Assembly: GCF_001194135.2 (NCBI RefSeq)
Contig: NC_069002.1
Span: forward strand, 33,240,900 to 33,294,603
Source: Octopus bimaculoides
Lineage: Eukaryota
DNA length: 53,704 nt
Direction: 5' to 3'
The position numbers were made by a program, and so were the translations under genes. Below, one piece after another: positions 24,845-37,480 of this stretch. Numbering within the stretch: the stretch's first letter is position 1; every line of letters starts with the position of its first letter. The notes below the pieces were generated by a model. The model was not told where the DNA came from. It did no database searches and worked only from the letters and a program-made list of their open reading frames with translations.

Positions 24845-25060
24845 TCAACAGAAAAATTTCTCGATTACGAGTGGCCGAAATTGGATTCCTCAGAAAGGTA
24901 TCTGGAGTAACGTTACTGGAAAGAATGCATAGCGCAAAAATAAAGGAGTCTCCCCACGTCCAAATGCAACTTTTCCGCATTGAGAGGTCATAGTCACGGC
25001 ACCACAAACTTGTGAGTGAAATGTCGGAGGAAATAACCGCAAGGTAGACTCGTCTAACCG
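24845..25060 (+). mobile_element. RTE-clade LINE RT C-terminal relic
   Basis: RLRVAEIGFLRKVSGVTLLERMHSAKIKES...LFRIERS resembles the RTE 'aaEm.FLRrvaG.sl.drvrs..ire.l.vepll.hIERsQlrw' region. Confidence 0.75.
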
Positions 25061-25139
25061 AGCCAATCAGATATCTATAGTTTCAGTTGATCATGATTGA
25101 CAATCCAGCAGCAAAGCCTAATGAGGGTTGCTTCTGAAA

Positions 25140-25345
25140 GGACTGTATGGGAAGAAACAGGAAAAGAGAGTACGAGAATGTTGTGGTGAAAGAGTACAGC
25201 AGGGTTCACTACTAGCCCCTGAGGAACCTCTTGGAGGTTTAAGTTGTTTTCGCTCAATAAACACAACGCCCGGTCTGGGAATAGAAACCGTGATCCTACG
25301 ACCGCGAATTCGCTGCCCTAACCACTGGGCCATTGCGCCTCCATA
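25140..25345 (-). mobile_element. SINE type C, near full length
   Basis: Reverse complement reads tggaggcgcaatggcccagtggttagggcagcgaattcgcggtcgtaggatcacggtttctattcccagaccgggcgttgtgtttattgagcgaaaac, a tRNA-like head with A and B boxes. Confidence 0.9.
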
Positions 25346-25953
25346 CAAACACACTCACGCACTCACACACATATATAAGTACTTGCGTCGATTTGTTTGA
25401 CTATAACCTTCATGGTTGTGGCCCTTCAATGGCCACAGTGTAATGACTACAACAAGTGAGATACAAGAGAAATGTATATGTCGAACCACGCTTCATTAGG
25501 TCTCTTAAAAAAATCATTATTATTTTAAATGCAATGCTGTAGATATAGATATAGAAAAAAACGAAGGCAAATCTAAGATATCATTCAATATTAAGAAAGA
25601 CATCTCTAGGTTAAGATAGAAAATGTCATACTCTTTTGCTAACCGCGATTGAAGAGAAGCGTTGATCAAGAAAACCAAAAAAGGAAGAAACAAAAACAGT
25701 TCAGTGATAAATTTAGATTACAAAGAAATGAGGTCACCGGTTGAGATGGAAACTGAATCACGCTCTGTTCTGCTTGTTAGAAAAGAGACTGTCTCAGCTG
25801 TTAGTTAAATACTGAAGTTCATCATTTGGAAGAAGTATCGCGTTTAGCCTACAGACTGCTGAGATGAGATGACGTTATATAGACACACACACACACGCGC
25901 GCGCAATAATACACAAACACGCACGTGAACAGTAACACACACACGCCCGCACG

Positions 25954-25995
<42 letters not shown>

Positions 25996-26029
25996 TATAT
26001 GTATATGTTTATATTTGCGTATATACGAA

Positions 26030-26072
<43 letters not shown>

Positions 26073-26581
26073 NNNNNNNNNNNNNNNNNNNNNNNNNNNN
26101 NNNNNNNNNNNNNNNNNNNNNNNNNNNNNNNNNNNNNNNNNNNNNNNNNNNNNNNNNNNNNNNNNNNNNNNNNNNNNNNNNNNNNNNNNNNNNNNNNNNN
26201 NNNNNNNNNNNNNNNNNNNNNNNNNNNNNNNNNNNNNNNNNNNNNNNNNNNNNNNNNNNNNNNNNNNNNNNNNNNNNNNNNNNNNNNNNNNNNNNNNNNN
26301 NNNNNNNNNNNNNNNNNNNNNNNNNNNNNNNNNNNNNNNNNNNNNNNNNNNNNNNNNNNNNNNNNNNNNNNNNNNNNNNNNNNNNNNNNNNNNNNNNNNN
26401 NNNNNNNNNNNNNNNNNNNNNNNNNNNNNNNNNNNNNNNNNNNNNNNNNNNNNNNNNNNNNNNNNNNNNNNNNNNNNNNNNNNNNNNNNNNNNNNNNNNN
26501 NNNNNNNNNNNNNNNNNNNNNNNNNNNNNNNNNNNNNNNNNNNNNNNNNNNNNNNNNNNNNNNNNNNNNNNNNNNNNNNNN

Positions 26582-26629
<48 letters not shown>

Positions 26630-28025
26630 ACACATATATATATACATATATATTGATAGATTGAGGTATATCTATATCTCTCTATCAATCGATCTGCCTG
26701 TCTCGCAAGCGAGCGTATATAGTTGTCTTACTCTGCCTTATAGGCTACAATACTATATCTTCGATTTTGATTTTTCGTGTTTGTTAACACATATAAAGCC
26801 CTTCAGTTGAAGTCGATATAACATCTCTTCTGACAACTGATTTTTATGAATATACAATTTGTTTCTCTAAGAACACAGTTTTTCTTACTTTCATAAATAC
26901 TCCCACGCAAATTTCTGCTTCTGTATTATTGTAATATATATTTCCCACGTTGAATATAATAGAGTAACGTTATCCGTAAATTTCAATTTAATGTGCTTTT
27001 TCCATTACTTTTAATAACAGAAATGTAATAATATATTTGCTATGAAATCAATTTACATAATTATCATCGTTTTATTTATTAATGTGTGAACGCTAACGAA
27101 GAATTAATATATCACTATTCCTCACGAAATTAATGTCACTGATGTTTTATTTTCTTAAATACATACCGTAAATCCATTCAACCATAAATTGTATCGTAGC
27201 AAGTACCGTCAGACGCAACTATAACGGTCCATTCACGTTTTATAATCTAGATCCCGTTTCAAGGAATTTAAAGTTCATAGTTTTCTCTCATTCCAATATA
27301 TACCATATTGTAGTCATTAAGATAATGGATCTATCTATATACAATTAATGGAAATGTTTTGGATAGCAACAGTTAATACTGACTTAACTACGTTGTCATT
27401 TCTTTGAAATAATACTATCGTACATGATTTCTGACTCTCAAGGTATTTGTATATTGTAAACACAGTTAACGAACTATCACTTCATAATAAATCTCTCCAC
27501 ATTGTGTATATACATACGGGGATTAGGGGTTCTGGGTTTTATATAGCAGGGCCATTATCAGCCTGATCACTTAGACAGCAGGGCGGCTTCATTTGAAATA
27601 TATATATATATATATATATATANNNNNNNNNNNNNNNNNNNNNNNNNNNNNNNNNNNNNNNNNNNNNNNNNNNNNNNNNNNNNNNNNNNNNNNNNNNNNN
27701 NNNNNNNNNNNNNNNNNNNNNNNNNNNNNNNNNNNNNNNNNNNNNNNNNNNNNNNNNNNNNNNNNNNNNNNNNNNNNNNNNNNNNNNNNNNNNNNNNNNN
27801 NNNNNNNNNNNNNNNNNNNNNNNNNNNNNNNNNNNNNNNNNNNNNNNNNNNNNNNNNNNNNNNNNNNNNNNNNNNNNNNNNNNNNNNNNNNNNNNNNNNN
27901 NNNNNNNNNNNNNNNNNNNNNNNNNNNNNNNNNNNNNNNNNNNNNNNNNNNNNNNNNNNNNNNNNNNNNNNNNNNNNNNNNNNNNNNNNNNNNNNNNNNN
28001 NNNNNNNNNNNNNNNNNNNNNNNNN

Positions 28026-28064
<39 letters not shown>

Positions 28065-28461
28065 CATATATACCTATATGTGTGTATATCTATTTGGTCA
28101 CTCTATTTGGTTTGTAGGATGCTGTATTGGAACTGAAGTTTTTTGAAACAAGTTTAGTTGTGTCATTAGGCCAATCATAGGTAGCGTCATTAGGCCAATC
28201 ATACTAAATAGATATCGTAAGTTAAATTAATTCAAAATAAATATAAATCATATTTCACTTATTGCCAGCCATTCCTATACTCTTGAGTGAACTGTCATGC
28301 TTCATGCTATTTCGGTTAAGCATCGGCGTGGAAAACAACTTTGGCAGAAAGGATGGTCAACAACAGCTGATGTATAGGCAGAACATTCACAACATCCTGG
28401 AAAGTGCCCAAAAATTATGAGAATTGGAAACCCTACCCAAGAATGTCAACAGGGAACATAA

Positions 28462-28531
28462 TAAGTACACACGGACGCACGCATTCACAAACCCGCACAC
28501 ACAGGCAAGCAAACAACATACGCACACACAC

Positions 28532-28578
<47 letters not shown>

Positions 28579-29034
28579 GTATGTATATATATATCATATA
28601 TAATTATATATATATATATATATANNNNNNNNNNNNNNNNNNNNNNNNNNNNNNNNNNNNNNNNNNNNNNNNNNNNNNNNNNNNNNNNNNNNNNNNNNNN
28701 NNNNNNNNNNNNNNNNNNNNNNNNNNNNNNNNNNNNNNNNNNNNNNNNNNNNNNNNNNNNNNNNNNNNNNNNNNNNNNNNNNNNNNNNNNNNNNNNNNNN
28801 NNNNNNNNNNNNNNNNNNNNNNNNNNNNNNNNNNNNNNNNNNNNNNNNNNNNNNNNNNNNNNNNNNNNNNNNNNNNNNNNNNNNNNNNNNNNNNNNNNNN
28901 NNNNNNNNNNNNNNNNNNNNNNNNNNNNNNNNNNNNNNNNNNNNNNNNNNNNNNNNNNNNNNNNNNNNNNNNNNNNNNNNNNNNNNNNNNNNNNNNNNNN
29001 NNNNNNNNNNNNNNNNNNNNNNNNNNNNNNNNNN

Positions 29035-29070
<36 letters not shown>

Positions 29071-29138
29071 TGTGTGTGTGTGTTGCTTGCGTGCCTGTGT
29101 GTGCGGGTTTGTGCATACGTGCGTCTGTGTGTGCTTTT
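28462..29138. repeat. Inverted repeat arms (~60 bp each) flanking a (TA)n tract and gap
   Basis: cacaaacccgcacacacaggca (28486-28507) is the exact reverse complement of 29092-29113, and similarity extends on both sides. Confidence 0.85.
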
Positions 29139-29139
29139 G

Positions 29140-29461
29140 CCATAAGTTTCTTGTGCCACACCCGAATTGACGGAGGTGATGGTGGATGACATTCATATTT
29201 AATTCTCTAGTTTCGTTGGGTCTGTGTGTCTGATTTTGTTCCATTAAACCACGATACACATTGACGAGTAGCCATTTGCTTAGGGCTTCATTTAACAGAA
29301 CTTTGTTTCCATCAACTCGGTGCCTGAAATGCACAAATGAAATGTGGTTTAAGACTTTGATAACCAGTGAGTCCATAGAACAAATATTATTTGCACATCC
29401 CATGAATTACCCCTGTAATTATTTTTCTGAAACTGTAAAGATACTTTATAGACACCCTGTA
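29140..29461 (-). mobile_element. Tc1/mariner 5' relic
   Basis: Minus strand TA|CAGGGTGTCTATAAAG TIR, then degenerate HTH region FRHRVDGNKVLLNE...GLMEQN...TRELNMNVIHHHLRQFG. Confidence 0.7.
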
Positions 29462-29821
29462 CATAAAACAAACATACAAATCTGCATATATGCATATTTT
29501 CAAAAATACCGTGTTCATGTTGAAATTCCAATGAAAGTGATTTGGATCTGGATTAGAAATCGACTCCCTCTATTGGCAAGAAATCTTCAAATAAAACATA
29601 ATAATGACAAGCATGCATGCATACATACATACACACATACATACTTACATACATACATACATACATACATGCATGCAAGCATGCGTACATACATACATAC
29701 ATACATGCATGCATATGTTGTTTCCTCTCAACTCCAAAACATTTTGGCAATTTGGAACAGGTTTGTATATTCTGCCTGTACATCGACTATTGCCCCGGCT
29801 GTTTTCAATGCCAATGCTTAC

Positions 29822-29867
29822 CCAAATTAGCATGAAGCATGACGATTTACGCAAGTCTATGGAATAG
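29822..29867 (-). CDS. Candidate 46-nt exon (phase 2 to 0; YSIDLRKSSCFMLIW)
   Basis: tatttcacttactgccag acceptor and TGG|gtaagc donor, with only one open frame. No homology recognised. Confidence 0.22.
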
Positions 29868-30310
29868 CTGGCAGTAAGTGAAATATAATTTATGTATATT
29901 TTGAATTAATTCAACTTCCGAAATCCATTTCGCATGATTTGAGCAGCTTGATATCATCGAATAGAATTTTCTTATGTGGATTTGAGGAAATAAACATGAA
30001 TACGGGATGATGAATACAAAATCCGTGTGAAATAAAAGCCAGATATCGTAATCCAAGATACAGAATACGTGCTGTAACTTCTGCAAATCATAATCCTGTA
30101 ATTTTCTAACACATGCCATCACAGTTTGTTATAAAAGTCGTTTGCGTATTCTCGCTAATTGTTAGACATAGCAGTAAAAGAGCGTGATGTACAGGGGTAA
30201 ATCGAGTTTAATACAGAAGTACTGCTACGACTAACCTGGTGCTAAACTGCAACAGAGAAAACAACATAATTTTCTATTGCAACAATATTGAATGTCTATG
30301 TACGTTTGAA

Positions 30311-30352
<42 letters not shown>

Positions 30353-32502
30353 TCTATCTATATCTATATATATATATATATCTACCTCGCTTTCTATGTA
30401 TTTACTTTTCTATCCTTTTACCACTTAATAGCAACCTCCGCTGACATTCCGTTATTCAATGTTGATATATTCACGCTTTTTTTTCTGGATGTTTACAATA
30501 TCAGGACATTAACACACAGAGATCTTCACAAGATTGCACTTAAGGACTTAGGCCCTTATTCGTACAACATCAGAAATTTGAACTGTGAACTTTTAAAGCT
30601 TCTTTTTTCTTCTCTCTCTCTCTCTTTCGCTCCTTATTTCTTTACACCTGTCCTCTACGTCGTTGTTTCATTAATCTACACCCTTCTCCTTATCACCATT
30701 TGTCTCTGACGACGGCATATACCATACTCTGGGATATTCCAGAAAAAACTTAAGTCACTGAATTTTTGGTAATAATAATAATGTATATGACTTGAGATGG
30801 TTGCGTTGCCTTAACGTTTGTTGTCCACACTAACAATTATACATACATACACAAACAAACGCACACACACACACACACTCACACACACACACACAAACGC
30901 ACACACACATATATATATATATATATACGTGTATGTGCGTGCGTGCGTGTTTTCTATGTATGTGAGTGTATATGCATATACTTATATATATANNNNNNNN
31001 NNNNNNNNNNNNNNNNNNNNNNNNNNNNNNNNNNNNNNNNNNNNNNNNNNNNNNNNNNNNNNNNNNNNNNNNNNNNNNNNNNNNNNNNNNNNNNNNNNNN
31101 NNNNNNNNNNNNNNNNNNNNNNNNNNNNNNNNNNNNNNNNNNNNNNNNNNNNNNNNNNNNNNNNNNNNNNNNNNNNNNNNNNNNNNNNNNNNNNNNNNNN
31201 NNNNNNNNNNNNNNNNNNNNNNNNNNNNNNNNNNNNNNNNNNNNNNNNNNNNNNNNNNNNNNNNNNNNNNNNNNNNNNNNNNNNNNNNNNNNNNNNNNNN
31301 NNNNNNNNNNNNNNNNNNNNNNNNNNNNNNNNNNNNNNNNNNNNNNNNNNNNNNNNNNNNNNNNNNNNNNNNNNNNNNNNNNNNNNNNNNNNNNNNNNNN
31401 NNNNNNNNNNNNNNNNNNNNNNNNNNNNNNNNNNNNNNNNNNNNNNNNNNNNNNNNNNNNNNNNNNNNNNNNNNNNNNNNNNNNNNNNNNNNNNNNNNNN
31501 NNNNNNNNNNNNNNNNNNNNNNNNNNNNNNNNNNNNNNNNNNNNNNNNNNNNNNNNNNNNATATATAATGTTCTACTGAAATATTTGCATCAGGCCTGAA
31601 ATTGGTACTATGTATGTCGTGAAATCATCTGCCTGATTTATATTCTGGACGTGTTTATCAATATCAACCGTCGTTATATCTGTCAAAAATAAGCTTATTT
31701 AAAACTGAATATGAGGGGAGAAAACTAACGAAATTATATTTAAGAAAATAACGTAGAAAGTTGATGGATCACCATGTCATTTAATGCAGAGGATGTTTGA
31801 AAAAATATAAAACAAAGCAGGATGTAGTCGAAATGCAAATTTTGTGCCTGGAATATGAAATATTAAAAAAATATATTGAAGAGATTTTAAGCTTTTTTTT
31901 TTTTAATACTGCAGGCGACTACACAAAATACACTGATCCAACGTGTGTGTGGTACATGGTCTGTGCATGTGGGTATATGAGAGAGGAGAGCCATAGATAG
32001 GTAGATATGAGAGCTGGAGATATGACTTGTTAGTCTACCAAAGTGGACGTGGATTTGTGTATTGAATAAGAAATAATAAGAGTGATACACCTTTCGATTT
32101 CTGTTACAGTGATTGAATTCCCGCCGTGCTGCAGCACAAATTTCAACGAATAAATCTACCTCAACGCATGTTTTTTGTTTCGTCTGTTTTCAAGTTTGGC
32201 GCCTATTTTATCGGAATGTTTACACGTCGCTAATTTATGGGATTGTAATCCATACGATATGGAGCCACGTGGCCTAGTGGTTAGATCTACGAATTCGCAG
32301 GTTCGGCCCCCTCATCCGATACTGCCGGCCTTGTGCCAACATTTTAAAACATTATTGTTATAATAATAATAATATTAATAATAACAACAACAACAACAAC
32401 AACAACAACAATAATAATAATAATAATATTAATAATAATAATAACAACAACAACAACAACAACAATAATAATAATAATAATAATAATAGTAATCTATTAA
32501 TA

Positions 32503-32868
32503 TTTTACTTGTTTTAGTCATTTGGCTGTGGCCATGCTGGAGCACGGCCTTTAGTGGAAGAAATCCACCCCAGGACGTATTCTTTGTAAGCCTAGTACTA
32601 ATTCTTTAGCCGAACCGCTAAGTTACGTGGACGTAGACACACCACCATCGGTTGTCAATCGATGGTGGGGGTGACAAACGCAGACACACAAACATATACA
32701 CACACATGCATATATACAACGGGCGTCTTTCAGTTTTCGCCTACCAAATCCACTCACAAGGCTTTGGTCGGCCCGAGGCTATAGTAGAAGACACTTGCCC
32801 AAGGTTCCACGCAGTGGGACTGAACCAAGAACCATGTGGTTGGTAAGAAAGCTACTTACCACACAACC
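32503..32868 (-). mobile_element. SINE type B (CORE-like), full length
   Basis: Reverse complement head gtgtggtaagtagctttcttaccaaccacatggttcttggttcagtcccactgcgtggaaccttgggcaagtgtcttctac, where ccttgggcaagt resembles the CORE motif. Has an internal CA/TG tract and a tail ending ggccacagccaaatgactaaaacaagtaaaa. Confidence 0.93.
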
Positions 32869-32888
32869 CCTCCTCGCATTATTATTAA

Positions 32889-32945
<57 letters not shown>

Positions 32946-33296
32946 TGTGATGACGCTAATTATAAAGAAAATGATGATCAGGTGCTTGAGAAGGATATGG
33001 AAGTGTATCAACGGGAAGATGACGCTGAAGATGGTCTTGATGGCGACGACGACGACAACAACATAGACGACGATTATGGCAATGTTGAAGATGATTATAT
33101 TTAGTGCAGCTGTGATATACAATCGCCTTATGCTGGCACAGAAATGATTAATAAGCGCATTGCTAATCAAGCTCACTTCAGGTATTGTAACCCTGATTAG
33201 GTTCTTATCAGCCATGACATTGCTATAGTCGCATAAACTGATTCTTTTACTCTTCGGCACCTCTTTCGTCTCTCTATCTCTTTCTCTCTTTACCTC

Positions 33297-33358
<62 letters not shown>

Positions 33359-34109
33359 TCCCATTCTTTTTCACCCTCTCTTGCAAGCTCTTTTTCTGTC
33401 TATCGATCACCGCCGTCTCTCGTCTTTGCTCTTCTGATTATATCGATATTAGATCGAGAGCAATCATTGTAAGCAATGTTAACAGAGTCATCACAATACA
33501 TATGAGCTTCCAATAGAATTAGATCTAATTCCTTATACACAATCACACGTACAAACACAAACTAACGCAGACACAATACATGCACACATTAATACATATA
33601 CACACAATAACGCCGACACACGGGATACTCGTTTCACCGTTAAAAGCTTCAATCAGCCATTATCGCTTTTCCCACTGCGGAGTGAAATTGTATTACTTGT
33701 ACATCTCCATTGCTTATGGTTTCCTATTTCTTTTCCGTTATGTAATTTATGTTGAAATGATGCAATCCATCTCACCATCTTTTTGCTAATCCGTTGGCAT
33801 CATCTGTTTCTTATTCAATCTCATCCAGTATTTTCTGTTACTAGCTGTGTGTAACTGTTGCCAATCATCACCTGGACGTGTCTCTCCCAATTCCATTCCA
33901 ACAATTTAATAAATTTGACAACATTATTTAGTTTTAGTTAATAATCATATACACAGCATTGCTTTATATCCCACCAATGTGAATAATACATAAAGCATTC
34001 ATGAGAATATTATCTGTTCTCTATTCAAATTAATATTTCTCTTTCTCTCTGTATATAATCACTTTTTCGCAGAATACTAATCTCTTTTTCAGGATATACT
34101 AAAACACAT

Positions 34110-34295
34110 TAAGTCGGCGTGCAGGTAGTATCGTCAGAACGCTGGGAGAAATGCTTAACGATATTTCTTCCGTCTGTACGTTCTGTCGATGTCGACTTAA
34201 CCTGCTATCCTTTCGGGTTAGAGAAAATAAGTACCAGTTTGTAATCAATTTACACCATGCTCTAGAATCGATGGTCCTCTGCCAAACTTTGAAAC
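34110..34295 (+). mobile_element. Diverged SINE type A
   Basis: gaaatgcttaacgatatttcttccgtctgtacgttctg...tcctttcggg...aaaataagtaccag. Confidence 0.75.
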
Positions 34296-34627
34296 CACTG
34301 AACTGATATATATCCATAAACAATGATTCTGACAATAATTGCGGAGTAAAACAACTATTTCTGGGACAAACAACCACATTCTCTAAACAATGTTTCAGCT
34401 TCTTCGACAATTCTCTTTTAGCTACCTTCTATAATAATCCTCCATATTTCAAAGAAATACTCTACGTTCCAGAGTAACACCCCAAGTCCTTCGTCAATGC
34501 ACAATGTATAAAGATAGTCATTCATACTGCATACCTATATTCCCTGTTTACACAGCATGCACCACCTTCCAAGGCAATACATAACAGAGCTCACAACACG
34601 ACTTTGCATAAAAAATCACTTTGTCAG

Positions 34628-34675
34628 GATCAAGAGCTGTATAAACTCACAGACGTTCAACCTGCGAATATTTTG
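34628..34675 (+). CDS. Candidate 48-nt exon (DQELYKLTDVQPANIL in phase 0)
   Basis: cactttgtcag|G acceptor, TTG|gtaagt consensus donor, length divisible by 3. Confidence 0.22.
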
Positions 34676-34737
34676 GTAAGTCCAAACGCACGAAAAGTGT
34701 CAGACATTGAGTCACACAGTTATTCTGCTAAATATGT

Positions 34738-34979
34738 ATTTCTTTATTGCCCACAGGGGACTAAGGACAGAGGGGGAAAACACGAGGACAGACAAAGGGA
34801 TTAAGTCGATTACATCGACCCGAGTGCGTAACTGCTACTTATTTAATCGACACCGAAAGGATGAAAGCAAAGTCGACAAATTCCGCCTTTCATCCTTTCG
34901 GGATCGATAAATTAAGTACCAGTTGCGTACTGGGTCGCTCCAAAATTTCGGGCCTTGTGCCTAGAATAGAAAAGAATCT
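34738..34979. mobile_element. Two SINE type A pieces fused in inverted orientation
   Basis: Minus copy 34738-34878 is followed by plus copy 34885-34979, and their central domains are complementary. Confidence 0.9.
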
Positions 34980-35749
34980 AATAAAAATATATTAAACAAT
35001 ATGTGATTTATAGAAATGCATAGCATAACACATTTCTGCCAGGTTGTGCTAGAACACTGCACGGCCCTGTTCATTTAGCCATATGCAAACTGTTTTCGGG
35101 GAAAAAAAAAATGCCGCGTTGAACATTTTCGAAGTCGGTTTTTCGTTGGGAAACAACTTGATGATATTCTAAATTATTAAAATGTCTGAATTTTAATTTT
35201 AATAGGAATATGTCTTTTGTTGCTGTTTGTTTTTCTTTATATTCTGATCGCAAATGGATTTGCATCATTTAAACTTTTTCGAAACGTTCGCTGCATCAGA
35301 GGTTCGTAACTTTTCCTATTAATATTTTGTTTGATTTTCGAAGAACGAGGAATCTTAGTTCATTTTCATTCTCGCAATTTTCTTTGTTATTTTCCCGAGA
35401 AAGCATTTCATTGTCGCTTGGAAGAAATTACTTCGCTTCTCCCGTTTTCAAAATTTTTATTTTGAACCTTTCATTTCTGTGATTATTTATTCTTTCTTTT
35501 TTCCCCCTTTGATGTTTCCCTACTGTTTCGGAATTTTCACATATGAACAGCCTTTCTGCTTCATCGCACGATAAATGTGTGATATTATAGGTTGTTATTG
35601 TTCGGAGACAATGTGTTTGCTCATGTAGTTGTGATACTCGGCTTAATGCTATTTGATTTGCTTTCCCGAAAGTTTTGGCTGGTGTTGATCTGGAAACCTG
35701 GTTTTGTTGTTCGTTTCATTGTTGCTCATCATACTTTTCGCTTCCTTTC

Positions 35750-36870
35750 ATTTGATTTCATTCATCTCTGAGCCATTCCATGCTACGCTAGTTAGTATTG
35801 ATGACATCCTGATGTTTGATGACAAGGTTCCTTAATCTTCAAATTGCGTGACATTAAATAAATACATGGATTAATCTTTCTGCAAAATATGTTTAGTCTT
35901 ATGAACCTTGTCTCGGAACCATTTATTGGTCACAGTTTCTATATGGCCTCGTGTCTTTTGAGGGTCATTAGAACTTGCAAGTCTATATTTGATATCCACA
36001 GATCCTGGGACACCAGATGTGAAATTTACTTTGGAATCAATTCCATACTGTGATACAAGATACCTACTAGCCATTGTTCCAACATCATATCTAATATAAT
36101 TTACTCTAATGTTTTTCTTTGACACATGCATTGGTGTATAAATATAAAGTAGGAGGTATTTCAGCCTTTCTTTTGGCCTCAGCTTCAGCTTCCAAGGTAG
36201 TGTCATAGCTATAGCCTTTTTGAATTTAATTTAGAAAACATCTACAGACATATCAGAGCTCCAAAAGTGCTTCTCACCCGAGAGAAAAATTGAATCCACT
36301 TACGTATTTCCTACGTTGAGACGCAAATTAATTTGCTTTTCGGCCTCTCTTTGATTTTTATCGAACTGCGAATAAATTGTTTTAACAAAATTCACCCATT
36401 TCCGTTTTCTTTTGTAACTATGATACATCTAAAAATCACATCAGAATCTTCCGTACTGGGTTAATGTTTGCCTCTCCGGATATGCTATACGAACAAGTTA
36501 AAGTATTCCGTCAATATCAACAGTCCGTAATAGTTGATATTGCTCTGGTTGCTGATGTTGTTATGGCTGAACATTTCCAAAGTATTTCATTGAGTATTTG
36601 GTACAACCACGTCCATTAATTGATCATTATACACTTCAATATCTTCTTGTCAATTTTGTTCTTTGTTCTAATCCTGAGTTGCATTGTACTGATTGTAATT
36701 GTATCAAAAGTGCATACGGATGTGCAAATGTAGCGCGTGTAAACAAAATTTCAAAAGCTTTATTAGACCAAAGTGTTTCTTTATTTGTGTTGATCGCTTC
36801 TGGTTATCCAGGGCAGCCATTTCTTATGCGAACGTTGTTCTTTTAACATGTCTTCCAATGAAAAATTCAT
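35750..36870 (-). pseudogene. Degenerate ORF, probably Gag-like region of a Ty1/copia-type LTR retrotransposon
   Basis: 186 codons from 36428 to 35871 have only two in-frame stops: YKRKRKWVNFVKTIYSQFDKNQREAEKQINL...SIFLSGEKHFWS..F*IKFKKA...RLKYLLLYIYTPMHVSKKNIRVN...YD...YLVSQ. The motif spacing recalls copia Gag. No pol or LTR was identified. Confidence 0.45.
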
Positions 36871-36967
36871 TCGATAAAACTTGAAACACGCGTGTCCTGA
36901 AGAAAATAATTCACTCGTTTATTTACATTGCGGAATACGATGATGATGGGGACGACGACGACGGTGA

Positions 36968-37002
36968 CGATAATAATAATAATAATAGTAATAATAATAA
37001 TG

Positions 37003-37051
<49 letters not shown>

Positions 37052-37121
37052 TCATAATAATAATAATGATCATAATAATAATGATAATAATAATAATACT
37101 AACAATAATAACAACAATCAA

Positions 37122-37165
<44 letters not shown>

Positions 37166-37380
37166 TAATAAGAGTTTCAAATTTTAGAATAATGACAGTA
37201 ATTTTAGAGAAATGTTCAACTGGTACTTATTTTGACGACCCACGAATAACCAAAGGCAAAATCGAACATGGTGGCATTTGAAATCTGAACGTAAAGACGG
37301 ACGAAATGCCGTTAAGCATTTTATTTTACCAAGGGCAATAATGACTCTGCCAGCTCGAAGCCTTAATAATAATAATGATG

Positions 37381-37453
<73 letters not shown>

Positions 37454-37480
37454 GAAGAAGAAGAAGAAGAAGAAGAAGAA
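36968..37480. repeat. (AAT)n tracts (36968-37170, 37365-37452) plus (AAG)n, enclosing a SINE
   Basis: Direct inspection. Confidence 0.95.
37214..37352 (-). mobile_element. SINE type A, diverged
   Basis: aactggtacttattttgacgacc...tgaacgtaaagacggacgaaatgccgttaagcatttt...ctctgccagctcg. Confidence 0.85.
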
